64,000 bases of DNA from assembly GCA_907165135.1 (NCBI GenBank), contig OU015569.1, positions 1,798,001-1,862,000 on the forward strand. Reading direction: 5' to 3'. Positions 22,454 to 34,343 of this stretch are shown piece after piece (within the stretch, counting starts at the first letter, position 1; every line of letters begins with the position of its first letter). Under the pieces are notes generated by a model. That model was not told the DNA's origin. It ran no database searches and saw only the letters and a list, made by a program, of their open reading frames with translations. Source of the stretch: Oikopleura dioica. Taxonomy: Eukaryota; Animalia; Chordata. Both the position numbers and the translations under genes were made by a program.

Positions 22454-24486
22454 CTAAGGAGTCAGTGTTTTCCGGCAGCTGTAAAGAATTCTACGCCTGA
22501 TGACATGACTATCATGGTGAATATGTGTTGATTGTGTGCCTGAAACATTGTTCACAAATCAGCACCAAGCTAGTGAGAACAAACCTAGTTGAATGAATCC
22601 ACTGACTCTTCCGTCTGCTCCTCCGATCAATATCTTTCGTCCCTGTATCTCCAAATTCTTGAATCCATCAAGTTTCAATTGCCTAGCAAGTCCCTCGACT
22701 AAAAGTTTCTCATCAAAAAGCGTGAAGTTTCAACCATGCTTACCCGTCATTGATCCCCACAGTTTTTGCTCAATGTTTGATGTCCCTTCATAGTCTGTCG
22801 AGAATCTGAACTGGCCATTTGAAATGTTGAGCGTTCCCGAAATTGGGCCAACGAGGATTTCCGGATTGCTTGGAGCTGGTCGTAGGCCGAATCTACTCGC
22901 AGCAGAAACGTCCATCTGAATTGAAGAAGATGATCTAGCGTTCTTTTACGTTTCAATTACTTTGACTTCTCTGAATGTCTTGAAGCTGTTGAAATTATGC
23001 GTCTTCCCCGGATGGAAAATTCTCGGAGGAATGATAGACTCTCTCAATTTCGGATGTGTAAGCAAAATCGCCTGAAAAAGCAAGTTTAATTTCTGACTAA
23101 CATGTGTTTCTCTTACTTGACAGATGATCAGCTCCTTTGGCTTGAGTTCTTGGATCATGATCTTCGCACTGGAAGTTGTCATTCTTGTATCAACAGGAAC
23201 ATGCTTTACGTTCATTCTACCAGCAAAGGCGTGAATCGGAAAACCAGCTTCAGTGCTTATAAATCTATTCCTCGGGTTCTTACTCCAGTCCTTTCCCAAC
23301 TTGCGTGAAAGACCAAGTTCTAAGCAGGGATGTCCGCCGAAGAACACAGCCGGACTTCTGAAATTGTCTGAGAGGCCTTCGTTCGTATCTTCCAAAATTT
23401 TCAGCCTGCCCTTTTCGATGGCGATATCGTGATCGAATGGAAACTGAGGAAGAGCTGCCTTTTCTTGCTTGGCTTCTGACAAAGCCTGAATTATTCCAGT
23501 TAAGTTTTACTGAACATAAAGAGGAAAGAAAACCTCAGGGTAGATTTGGGCGTGAGCAAGAGCTGCCTTGGCGATGGGAGAAATGAAGTAAAAAGGGATG
23601 TGTCCTCTACCCATTTGGCTCAGATAGTCTATGAAAATCTCCAGCAAATCAAGCATAACTCCTGTCGGAAAAACGGGAAACATGACGCTGCCGCCGCGTT
23701 TGATAGTTTCATCTAGTGTCTGGCAGGCTTCGTTGACGGATCTGTCCGGCGAATAACCAGGGCAAGATTTTAGCCCGTTGATAATGAGCATGTCAGAGTC
23801 TTTCAAAGCGTTCGTGTCGACTCTAGACGCATGTGTCTTTAGACTAGTGTGATCGCAGACGTAAGAGATCTTCTTGTCGTATATTTCAATGACCCAGTTG
23901 CAAGAGCCGATGCAGAAGCCGCTTGAATGAGCCGTGATGGTTGCAATGCCATAGAGGTCAATTACTTCGCCGTAGTTGATTGCCTTGACGAATGAAAAAC
24001 ATGCATCGATTTGCTCAGACTCTGCCATCTTTTCTCCAGGCATACTACCTGTAGGTCTTCCTGTTAGTTCATTGCTTCGGATATCGTTCTCTACTTCTTG
24101 CATGTAAATACTGATTTCTACAAAGAAAAGCTAGAGATTCTGATTGTTAACCAGTCTTACCGACCTTTCAGATAGATTTTGGCGAATTCGAAAGTAGGTA
24201 AGGTGCAATAAATAATCCCTCCCCAATCTTTCTCTTTCCACGATTTGGAAATCCAAGGCAACCCGGCAAAAGAATGATAATTGGAGACAATGATCACATC
24301 GATCTCGTATAAATCGACGTAGCTGTTGACTGGGGGAATGAGAAGTCGAGGAGGACAGGGTTTGTGCGAGTGGCGACCGTTTATGAGACTAGAGAAGTCT
24401 AGACAGCAATCTGCGAGAATAACGATGCTTTCTGTTCGAAAGAGCCAACATGGAGATGTGTTAGGTGAAATATTGGTCACCTCCAT
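22454..24486 (-). CDS. INTS9: Integrator complex subunit 9
   Basis: AHSSGFCIGSCNWVIE, GGSVMFPVFPTGVMLDLLE, PAVFFGGHPCLELG, C-terminal STHI motif. Confidence 0.9.
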
Positions 24487-24833
24487 TCTTAATTTTATTT
24501 TATTCTTAATTTTAAAGCACCTGCATTTCTGCTTTGCAAATCACAAAATAAAATAAAATATACGCCCATCAGAGTTTGAGAAAAGAAGCGACATTTTCTC
24601 ACACTCCAAAAAAATATAAGAAAATAAATTATCCGTGTATTTGAATAAAATTTCATCAAGACAAAAAGCGAGACTTCATTTTTAATTTGTGAGGTTCTGA
24701 GAAGTGGTGAAGGAAAATTTTGGCGAGAGCAATTGGTGACTGAGTACAGTACTAAGTGGCATTTCTTGAAACTTGATTTTAGAAAAATTATGAAGATAAA
24801 AAGGCATATAACAATGTGGTTTGAAAATTGTTG

Positions 24834-26554
24834 CTAAAAAGAAGTGCGTCGTTTCTTGTCAGGATTAGTCGGACTCGGCCGGGGGAGAATGCAAAAAGAA
24901 GTGAGGAACAGAATGGCAGAGATCAGTTGCAGGCCAGGCACCATGATTAACATTGCGCTGTGAAAGGAGAGGACTTGACGAAGGAGGCTGATAAACGCCG
25001 CAGAATTCTGACAAACGAGGCGGAGGATGAAAATCGTGTAGCCGATAGCCTTCAAAACACGTAATAATCAAAATTAATCGGTCCGGCTGAGCATTACCTG
25101 CCCCTGAATGCGGGAGGGGAAAAAGCTGGAATAGCAGACGAGGAAGATCCCGAACCACATCTCGATGATCATATAAGCAAGATAGAGAAGGTAAAAACAA
25201 TACGGAGAATCCACAGTGAGCACGACTGCCATCAGAGGGCCACCAACAAACTGCGACAAAAAGAGAACCAACAGTCCCGCTCTTGGCCCCGCCAGCCGCT
25301 CGTTCTTCTGAATCGCATCGGTGAGCAAGCCGCCCAGGAAGGATCCACTGACTCCGGCGACTATTGGCGCAAATGGAAGATAACTCTCCGCCTCTTCAAA
25401 TTTCCGCTCGTTTTTGAAGTAATCCACCTGATTGTAGCCGAACGTGAAGCCGGCTGTATGGCGGCATAAGGCGCCTATAAGCATTAAAAGCGTTTCATTT
25501 CGTTTGGCGATGTTGAGTATTTCAAGCAGATTCTTCTTCAGCTCTTCGAGTGCTGGAGCTTGTGGATTCACTTTTTCTCCTTTAGAATACGCCGAGCTTT
25601 TTGCTGACTTTTTTCTGCGACTTAATTCTAAATTTTATAAGTAAAAGTGGGACTAATTTGATTACCTAGAATCAAGATGGAGACAAAACATAAAAAGCAC
25701 AGGCACCCCAGGGAATAATAACTCCACCAAAACTTGTCTTGCGTGATTTTGTTCAAGACGATGGCGGAAGAATAAGCTAAATAAATCGCCCAGTTGTAGA
25801 CTCCCATTGCTTTTGATGTGTGTTTCACGAAGAGAGAGGTGATGACGGTGACGCAAATCGGCTGAATTGCTCCTTCAGCAGCTCCGGTCAGAACGCGGAG
25901 AAGGGCAGCGATTCCGTAAGACCAGGCGTGAGGAACTGCTAATTGAGTGAAGCCCAATATAAGGACGGATGCAGCCAAGTAGAGCAGGCGGCGATCGGCA
26001 TCGTCAGCAGCAAAACCAAAGAGAATGGTAGTGATAGAAACTGGCACCACGTAAAGAGTCGCTAAGATCATCTGTATTGGGGCCTCGTCCGTGAAGGTGC
26101 AGGTACAGTTAGAGGCGCAAAGGCTTCCATTCTTGAATAACTTATTTGAGGTCCTTATTTCTGGAGTTTCTAATTTTGACTTGTAAAAAATACTTATTAT
26201 ACATTATCTGTGTAAATAGTTAACTCGAAAATAGCCCAATAATAAAATTGCTAAAATTAAAGACAAATTACTTATGAATCATAACCTATGATACAGCTAC
26301 GTGACTTTCGTAAGACTCCTCAAAAATTCATAAAAGGCCATAAATTCAAATCATTGATACGATCAATTTTTAGTGCTAATAATTCACCTTTCCTGTCCAT
26401 CGACGAGCTCACAATCGAGTCTACCGACTCCTCCAAATGTAGCAGCGGCTAATTGCTTCTGGTTCATGGCAGGCATGTAGAGAATCTGCTGTGCGCAGAA
26501 AAATGTAAACGAGAAAACGGCGAGGTAAACGAGCTTTTCGGCATTCTTGCCCAT
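24834..26554 (-). CDS. Major facilitator superfamily transporter (spinster-like)
   Basis: Multiple TM segments; FGFAADDADRR (MFS motif A-like), LRVLTGAAEG, KAMGVYNWAIY. Confidence 0.82.
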
Positions 26555-26639
26555 TCTGAATTTCTTGACTCTAACTCTGCTTTTTGATGTTGCGTCTTTT
26601 GAACTGAACGGGATTTGTTGTTTTGTAATTGTTTCATTA

Positions 26640-27260
26640 GGGAAGTTAATAATCCTAGAGACGAGGCCACTTACGCTCTTCTGGGCGCGCGAAGAAACGC
26701 ATCTTTCGCCGAAGCGAGTTTGAAATACTTGCAGATTAAAAGCAGAATTACGACGAGTTTAGGCTAGCAATAAATAAGTTAAGGAATCAACGAAGAAAAC
26801 GAAGCAAAAGACGCATTTCTTGGCCGCGACCGAGAATAAAAAAGATGCCGAATTTAAAAAATAGATCAGTGTAATATGTGATAGGATGAACAATTGTAAA
26901 TGGCCAGTGTATAATGTATAAGCGTGGTAGAAATACAGAGTTAATTTTAAATATAAAATATAGTTGCAATTGATATTGATATATACACTCGTATAACGCA
27001 GCTAGTAAGTTGATAGAAAGGAGGTAATCCTGCCGCTTTTTGCGCCGAAGTTCGATTTCCTTCGACGAAAAAAGAGGGACGAACGAAAAAGAGGGACAAG
27101 TGCACTTGAAGACATCAAAAACTTGAAGATCACTTTACTCGACTACATACAGTAAGGTTGATTTAAATACAGAGGCTCCCCAACACGCGCTAGACCTACT
27201 AAACTTAATGATTGCTGGGCAGAGTTCGAATGTATGAGCGCTAGAAGAGTAAAGTAACTT
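26640..27260 (+). CDS. Possible small spliced gene with a J-domain-like segment
   Basis: TYALLGARRNASFAEASLKY resembles J-domain helices I-II; no HPD seen; exon chain unresolved. Confidence 0.25.
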
Positions 27261-27443
27261 AAATAAGAAACATAAAGCAAAGTAAAGAAAAATTGACACC
27301 GATTTTATCATCATTGTATTATAAATTTTTCGTGACTACACAAAAGGACCGGAAGGTGAAAACATTGCACATGTGATTTTTGTCAAGGTGAATTTGCATG
27401 GGTTGATATTCTATGTTCTTTGTTTTTAATATACATACATATT

Positions 27444-30400
27444 TTATTTCATATTCTTTTGAAGATATTGTAGGAACTCGTAGTAGGATTGCTTATAAGA
27501 ATCATCAACGGAGCTTTTCTCAGAGGCTTTCTGTCCAGGAGTCTTTTTTTGAAAATGGAAAAAAATGAATTCTAGTGAAAAATCGAGACCCATAACAGAG
27601 GCGGATAAGAAGTGATGATCCTTGCCTGAGAGCTTGTTCTGTCCCGTATTAATTTTCTCAGAATAGCATTATCTTTTAAGTTGCCGTCCGCTCTAAATGG
27701 ACAAAGAGAAGTTACACAAAGGGGTAGCTTCGGAACAGAATTACCTTATGATCTGAATTGGCGCGCCATGGGAACGATCGTCTTGGAGGGAGTTGATAAA
27801 ATTGCGCACATACGTCCTAGACTCTGGTTCGTTCGAATTTTCGTCTTCGGGCTCTTCCGGTAGCTCGAAAATGTCTCCATCCATCAATTGCCCGTATGAT
27901 TTATCTAAATAATTATGATAGATTTCACTTGGCATTTTGACCATTTTCTTACCCAAAACATCTCTGAAAAATTCTTGCGGCGCGTGAACACTGATAAACA
28001 GCAATAATTTCCAGCCGCAGTCCATCAAAAACACCTGTCCTTTGCCAATACTTTCGGCAGTTAGCGGTAGACACCTCACGATCGGACTCTCTGGAACTGG
28101 GAAATCCGGATCTAATCATTTCATTTCTAATTCTGTTTTGAATAGATTTCGATTACCTGTTGCCCTGCTCGAGTCTTCGTCATTTTCGAATAATTGTTCT
28201 TGCTTGATATTGTCGATTTTGTAGAGCGCAGGGAGCCAGTGATATCTCGAATACTTCATCGGCGACTGCTTGATATCTGTCATTAGGAAGGCCTTGTTAT
28301 CCAAGTTCCTATTGTCTAGCCTAACGAATGAAAAGTTAAGCTCTGTGAAACTTTAATTTTAGCTGTACCTGAATGCATCTGACTTGAGCAGGGCTGAAAT
28401 ATATAGAGCGAAAGGCCCAAGACTTCTTCTTGGAACGAGAACAGCAGTAGGGTCTCTTTTCTGATAAGCGGGAAGACATTCTTTGTAGTTCGACAGTGCA
28501 TCAGTGGCAGCGTGAAGCAGCTACAGAAATTTTCTGTTAAAAGCCGCTTGGATGATTATACTAATGACTTACCGCTTCTCTGGCATCATTGACAGTGTGA
28601 GTTAGGGACCTTTCAACAGCAAAATGTGCCAGCATTGCAGCAACAAGCTCAGCTAGGAAAATCAATAATGGACTTTCAAATAAGAGTTGAGTTATTACCG
28701 TCAGCGTTATTGTATACATCTTGAAGCTGATTTGTTACTGGGAAGGACATCGTATGGACTCGAATTCTCCTGTCTCCCTTTGTCGAGGTGTAAAGTAACG
28801 CGCACTGGAATCCAACGTAGTCGTATCCTTTGAGATCTTCGTCAATTTGCAAACGCATTGCGTAGCCAGAGTCCGGACTAAATTAATCTTTGCTCAATTT
28901 CGAGGTTTTTATTTGAAAGGTACCTGATACACGCGAGATTAAGTAAATCCGTTGATCTAACAAAGAAGTTTCCAAAGAATGTGTGAATAGAAATGCCTCT
29001 GGTCGCTCGAACGCGCATGACAGATTCGAAACCGATTTTTCTCACGAGATAGCGGTGGAAATCGCTGCGGAATCGCTCAGATTGAACAGGATTTGTTTCA
29101 ATATGCAAGCCTGGAATCGAAATAATATTTCAATCAAAGCAACTGCTTTTTACCTGGATATCTATAAACATGTCCAGCGCTATTTCTCGCCACTGGAGCC
29201 AACGAAGCAATGTCTTGGAATTGATGACCAAAGAGGAAAAGATCAATCGCTATGTGTTGCTGATTCGCTTCAATTGCCAGGGTCTTGTAAAAGTCCGTAA
29301 CGCCGTTTAAACATTCACCATCATTGGGTGTCCGTTCCTGCAGTTTTCCGAGGCCCTCGGAGATCCGTGTCGTAGAGAAGAGCGATATCCTTCCGCCGTT
29401 TTTAGAAAGCATCTTTTGGCCAACAGTGATTGCCGATCCGCCGCAGGATGAGGGTGAAAGTGTTGATTTGAAAAGATTTGGCAGCATTTTGAGGAATTGT
29501 TCTATCTGTGAAGCGGATTCTTGTCGATTCACTTAAATAATTGGATAAAAAAGGAAGCGAGGGCTGCTTTTTAGAAAGAATTGCCTCGATAAATCTATGC
29601 TGAAATCAAAGAAGATAATCATTTTGTCAAGTTTGAGTTTTTTACCTAAAATAGAATCTGGCATTGGTTCAAAAGGATCATCAATATCGGAAACGGACAA
29701 CAACTGCGGCTGGGCAAGTTCATCGCTCAAATTGAAGAAATGTAGCGAACTGTCGAAACACAAGAAGCCAATTTTTGTTCTCCTATCACCAGGCATATTT
29801 TTGTATTCATGTAGTAGCTCGTCCGCGAGTATTTCGAGATAGCCTGACTGGACTGCGTTGAAACTGACATCAATGATGAATAAATATTGAGCGGCTTGAG
29901 GTGGACGGGACATGTATTCGGACGGGGCGATGAATTCAACGGTTGAGTTGACACATTCCGGTCGTTCCTCTGGCTTTCCGTACTCTTTTGTAACTGGATT
30001 ACTTTTGAATTCCTCCGGCACTTCATTAATTCTACTGCACAAATTGCATTTCCACCTGTTCATGTCGATAAAGCTCACGAAGGGGTTGATATAAGCGCGG
30101 CAGCTTCTACACCGCACGATATTTGACGTCGTTATTACAGGTAGTGTCAGTAAGTCTTTGTAAGGATGCAATAGGAGTCCGAAAGGGAGCTTTGCTTTTT
30201 GACAGAGAGCATCGCTCGAAGGGATCGCTTGAAGAGTACAGCTCATTACTTCTCGATCACAATTTTTTCGATTTGGAGGAATTCGCTGGATGCCCGGTGG
30301 AGGCTGCGTCTGGTACCTTACTTCGGGAGGGACATATGTGCCGTCTGCGCTCAAAATTGGAGCACGTAAATCCATTAAATTGATAGGTTCGGATTCTTGT

Positions 30401-31065
30401 TGATTCTGCTGGCCGCCGAAATTCATATTGCCAAATTGTTGATTTAGATTTCCTCCAGGACCTGGTGGTTGACCGTAACTGTTCATCTGGGGAGGGGGCT
30501 GCTGGGGATATCCATTGGTCATTTGTGGTTGTTGACCGATACTCGTCGGTGGTGGAGGTCTTGGCTGCGAGGTGACGGGTTGGTATGAGCCGCCAGATGG
30601 ATAGGAAGGTGGCGCTTGTGGAAGCGGTGGTCGATTCGACATCTGAGGAGGTGGGACTTGCATTGGCGTTGTGTTATTCATACCAAATCCACTGGGTGGC
30701 TGGGAAGCCATCACAGGCTTCGGCGGCGCTGGCATCATTCCTGGCATTGTAGGTGGCTGCAAACTGGGCGCTGACAGCGTTGGAGGGCGCGGAGGGTGAC
30801 CGGCCATCTGCGGCATTTGCATTTGGCTCGGTGGGGCACCAAGACTAGTTGGGGGCATCGGTGGCACGCCAGGTCTACTCATTTGAGGAGGTACTGCTCC
30901 AGGAGGGGGTTGCATTCCGGGCATTTGCGGCGGCTGTGGGTAACTGTTACTAGTGCCATTCTGCGGAGGCATGGTCGGCCTAGCCTGCCCGTAATTAGCT
31001 CCTGGACCGTATCCATTCTGCTGTCCTTGAGGGTACTTTCCAGGATAGCCCTGGTTATAACTCAT
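27444..31065 (-). CDS. SEC24: COPII cargo adaptor Sec24 (A/B type)
   Basis: Pro/Gln-rich N-terminus, CRSCRAYINPFVSF...WKCNLC zinc finger, FIIDVS trunk, RKIGFESVMRVR, GFQCALLYT. Confidence 0.95.
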
Positions 31066-31265
31066 TCCACAAACACTGCTATCACCCGGCCCTCTAAAGT
31101 AAAAAGGGTTTAAAAAAGAATCGACTCTTTTCAGGGACAAACAGTATCTTTATTGTTTTTTTTCAGGGGTAAACTCTTTTTCAGGAGGAAAATCTTTCAG
31201 TAGTTGTTTCAAGAAAAGCAAGAATAGAATAGAAGACAATGGGAAATCGAAATAAAATGAACTGT

Positions 31266-33908
31266 TCACGAAGTGGTCGTCTGATGAATGGGAGCTGAGG
31301 CTGAATTTGGACGAGACGGAGTTGTGGAGGAGTTTGTTCCTTCTGTGGATTCTGAAGTGAGTGCCACCGCGGGACCTGTTTTACTCGAGCTGACTTTCAC
31401 AGAGGCACTGAAAGAAACGGATTAGAAATTAATAGGAGAGATAGTCTCACCTTGAACTATTGTGGTTATCTTGGACATGAAGAACAACGTATTCGCTCAT
31501 AGAATTAGAACAAAAAGAAGCAAGAGCGACAACGGAAGAAATATCTGCGTGTGGTGGGAAGGGACTACCATGCTCTAAAGATAGAATTGTTAATTCATAT
31601 TTCAAATCAGCTAATTTTTCAAAATTTGGCGATTGATGTAACAATCAAAGGAAATCTGCCGCATTATGGGAAATTACCATCAAAACGGAATAAACAATCA
31701 AAAAAAGGAGGCGACAGGCTTATCACCTGTCTTAGTCTACGCAAAACTAAGAGTTCAAAAAGGGCGCAATTTCGGACACCTGGCCGTAGATGGCGCTAGG
31801 GGCGCCAAAAAGGGATATTTATGCGCTCCCTTCAGCGAATATTCATAAAAAAATCCCACAGTTTACAAGAAGAAAGCTTAAAAAAAAACTCAAGAAAAAT
31901 GTGCTTTCTGGAAAATGAATCGAACACTTCCAAGACTTTTTCCCAGGCTGAACTCGAGAGAATCGTCAACTTCTCGGCAAAGGAAAACTACTGTCCTTTC
32001 TGCAGGAAAACACTAGCTGGGCCCAGAATCGGTCTAGTCGTACATCTCGCAATGGTTCACACGGAACGATCGCTTTTCGACTGTACTCGTGTCCTCACTT
32101 CTGCCGAGACAACAAGATTCGTCCTCGCCCGAAAGAAACGAATCGACACCCTACTAGCTGTCCCACAGTAGTTTCTATCTATTTCTCTTCAACCCTCAAC
32201 TCTATTTCATCGAAAACTGCCCTTCAATAAAACCAAAAAAAAATGAATTCACTTCAAAATTTTTTTTAACTTACCAAGAGCAGAAACGGAAAAATCGTCA
32301 GATTGATTGACAGAAGAAGTAGTTTCAGCCCACGTCGAATTAGAAGTATTAAGGCTTGTTGATTGCTGCTGGGTTGTTGGGGCTTGCGGAGCGGGCTCAG
32401 CAACTTCAATGTGTTGGGCGGGCGCGTCGTGTCGATTTAGTAGGCGCAGGGCGCGATTGCCTGGAACTCGGATTCCACAGCCGCCTGGTTGATTTCAGTT
32501 AACAAGGATAAAAAGGCATGGATAATCACCTGTTCGGCAAAGGGTAATCGGAATCACCCCGTAGACATACATCATTATCACTGGCACACCGACACCAACT
32601 AAACTTGAGTATGAATAAAAAGTTTCGAAAATATTAAAGAGCCTGGAGAGATCAATTAAAAACTTACCAGTGACACCAGCGACAAGGGGCGATAAGAGGA
32701 AGGCAAGAGTGGAGCCTAGTCCTACCAGTGCTCTTCTTTTGCCCTTGGAAATTTCAGATTTCTTCTTTAGCTCGGAGCGGATTTGGCGACCGGTCCAAAT
32801 TGGAACGCCGACGATTGTGGCAGGAATGGCTACTCCAGCCATGAGGCCGATCATCGGGGAGCAAGCACAAGTGTTCCGATTTGCTATTATTTAGAAGTTT
32901 AGTTTTATTATTATGAAATGCTAGAGTGAGCTGCTCTTACCCAGAAAACAATCTTCTTTTTGCTCCAGATTTGTTTTCCCCAGAAGGTGCATCCAGACGG
33001 AGAAAGATAGTGAAGATCTGAGATTTCCTTTAAACAGAGCCAACAAAATTCGCAGCCACAGCGGCAAGTAATGTGGTTGCAACTCCCATCATCCATTTTG
33101 CTTATCAATGCTCCACATCGTGGGCAGGGGCGGATGTCTGCGGACTGTTTCAACGCACGCGACGTCAACGAGGTGGCGATTTTGTTCCACGAGCTCCAGG
33201 GCGAGAAGTTCATTTCCGTTTCGATCAGTGATGTCAGCCGAGCTTGGTCACATGATTGATCTGCGTGCCAAGGACCTCGACAATGGTAGCAGAAGCTAGT
33301 GTTGCAGCCCTTTCTCTTGAAAAAGGGTTGAACGCGGGATAAGGGAGGGAAGACCTTGTACCTGACAATTGATTTTGGGACAAGACGCAAAATCATTTGC
33401 TATCAAAGCGAATCCACAATCGGGCTTTGGGCACCAGCGCGTATCTCTGTCTCTGTGCAGGTAATGCCGGACGGATATTTCGTTGTATTTTTCAAAATAT
33501 TTACTGAATCCATCAGTAACTCAAGATCATAAAAAAGGGAAGTACCTCTCTAGAATTCGCTTTGCGTCGCAGGGATGAATGGGCTCAGGACAAGACATAC
33601 ACGTCGGCAGTTTTCCTAAAAACAGAATCATAATCGACTTCGTCATCGGCTTGAAGGGTACCTTCGTCAATTTGTTGGTGACAGTAAAATACCAAACAGT
33701 TGATACAGGGCGTTGGGTGGCACTGCAGTAGCCATTCCTCTGGCTGCACTGGGCTTGTGTCGAAGCATATTGGACACGTGGAACTACTGGAGGAGGCGGT
33801 GGAGTAGCGCGAAGGTTCTGACTTTTTCCTCAGCGGGATTTCTTCTTTTTCGTCGTTTATCAGCGACTCTACCGCTTCGTCTTTTATTGAAGACTTTGAG
33901 CTCGTCAT
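31266..33908 (-). CDS. RNF19A: RBR E3 ubiquitin ligase, Dorfin family
   Basis: CPRCGALISKMDDGSCNHITC..CEFCWLCLKEISDLHYLSPSGCTFWGK followed by two TM segments; last exons join in frame across the intron 32274-31575; 5' end uncertain. Confidence 0.9.
31898..32171 (+). CDS. Small C2H2-like zinc-finger ORF nested antisense in an RNF19 intron
   Basis: YCPFCRKTLAGPRIGLVVHLAMVH; AATAAA at ~32226. Confidence 0.55.
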
Positions 33909-34343
33909 TCTAGGAAAAATAATAGTCCTAATAATTTTAACACCATGATTCACACCATGGTCCATGAAGGAGTCCCATTGATGAAATTTGTCTACTCTGC
34001 TGTATAAATGCATTTATTACAGGTACTTACAGGTCTTTTCTCTCCTCGATTGGTAAACTGGAGGAGCTACCATTGTCCTTTTTTCTCCTTCTAAAGGAGA
34101 AGAAGCGCCGTAGGAAGCCTCGAGATCTCTAAAATTATCCGGTGATGATCGGTTATTGTAAAGCTACGGTTGCTTACAGTAGATCTAGTGGACAAAGTAG
34201 AAATGCCCGAACAGACGCTTTTGTATCATTTCCCGATTTTAATTTCATCGCTCCGATCTATCCGATACCATTATCAGTTCTGAACGATTTTGATACTCAA
34301 AGTACGTTTTACCCAGTTTATTTCACAGAGAGGGAGAAGTAAA

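Noticed and set aside
31780-31798. CTCF/YY1-like motif ctggccgtagatggcgcta
   Set aside because: Single partial match; not supportable without binding data
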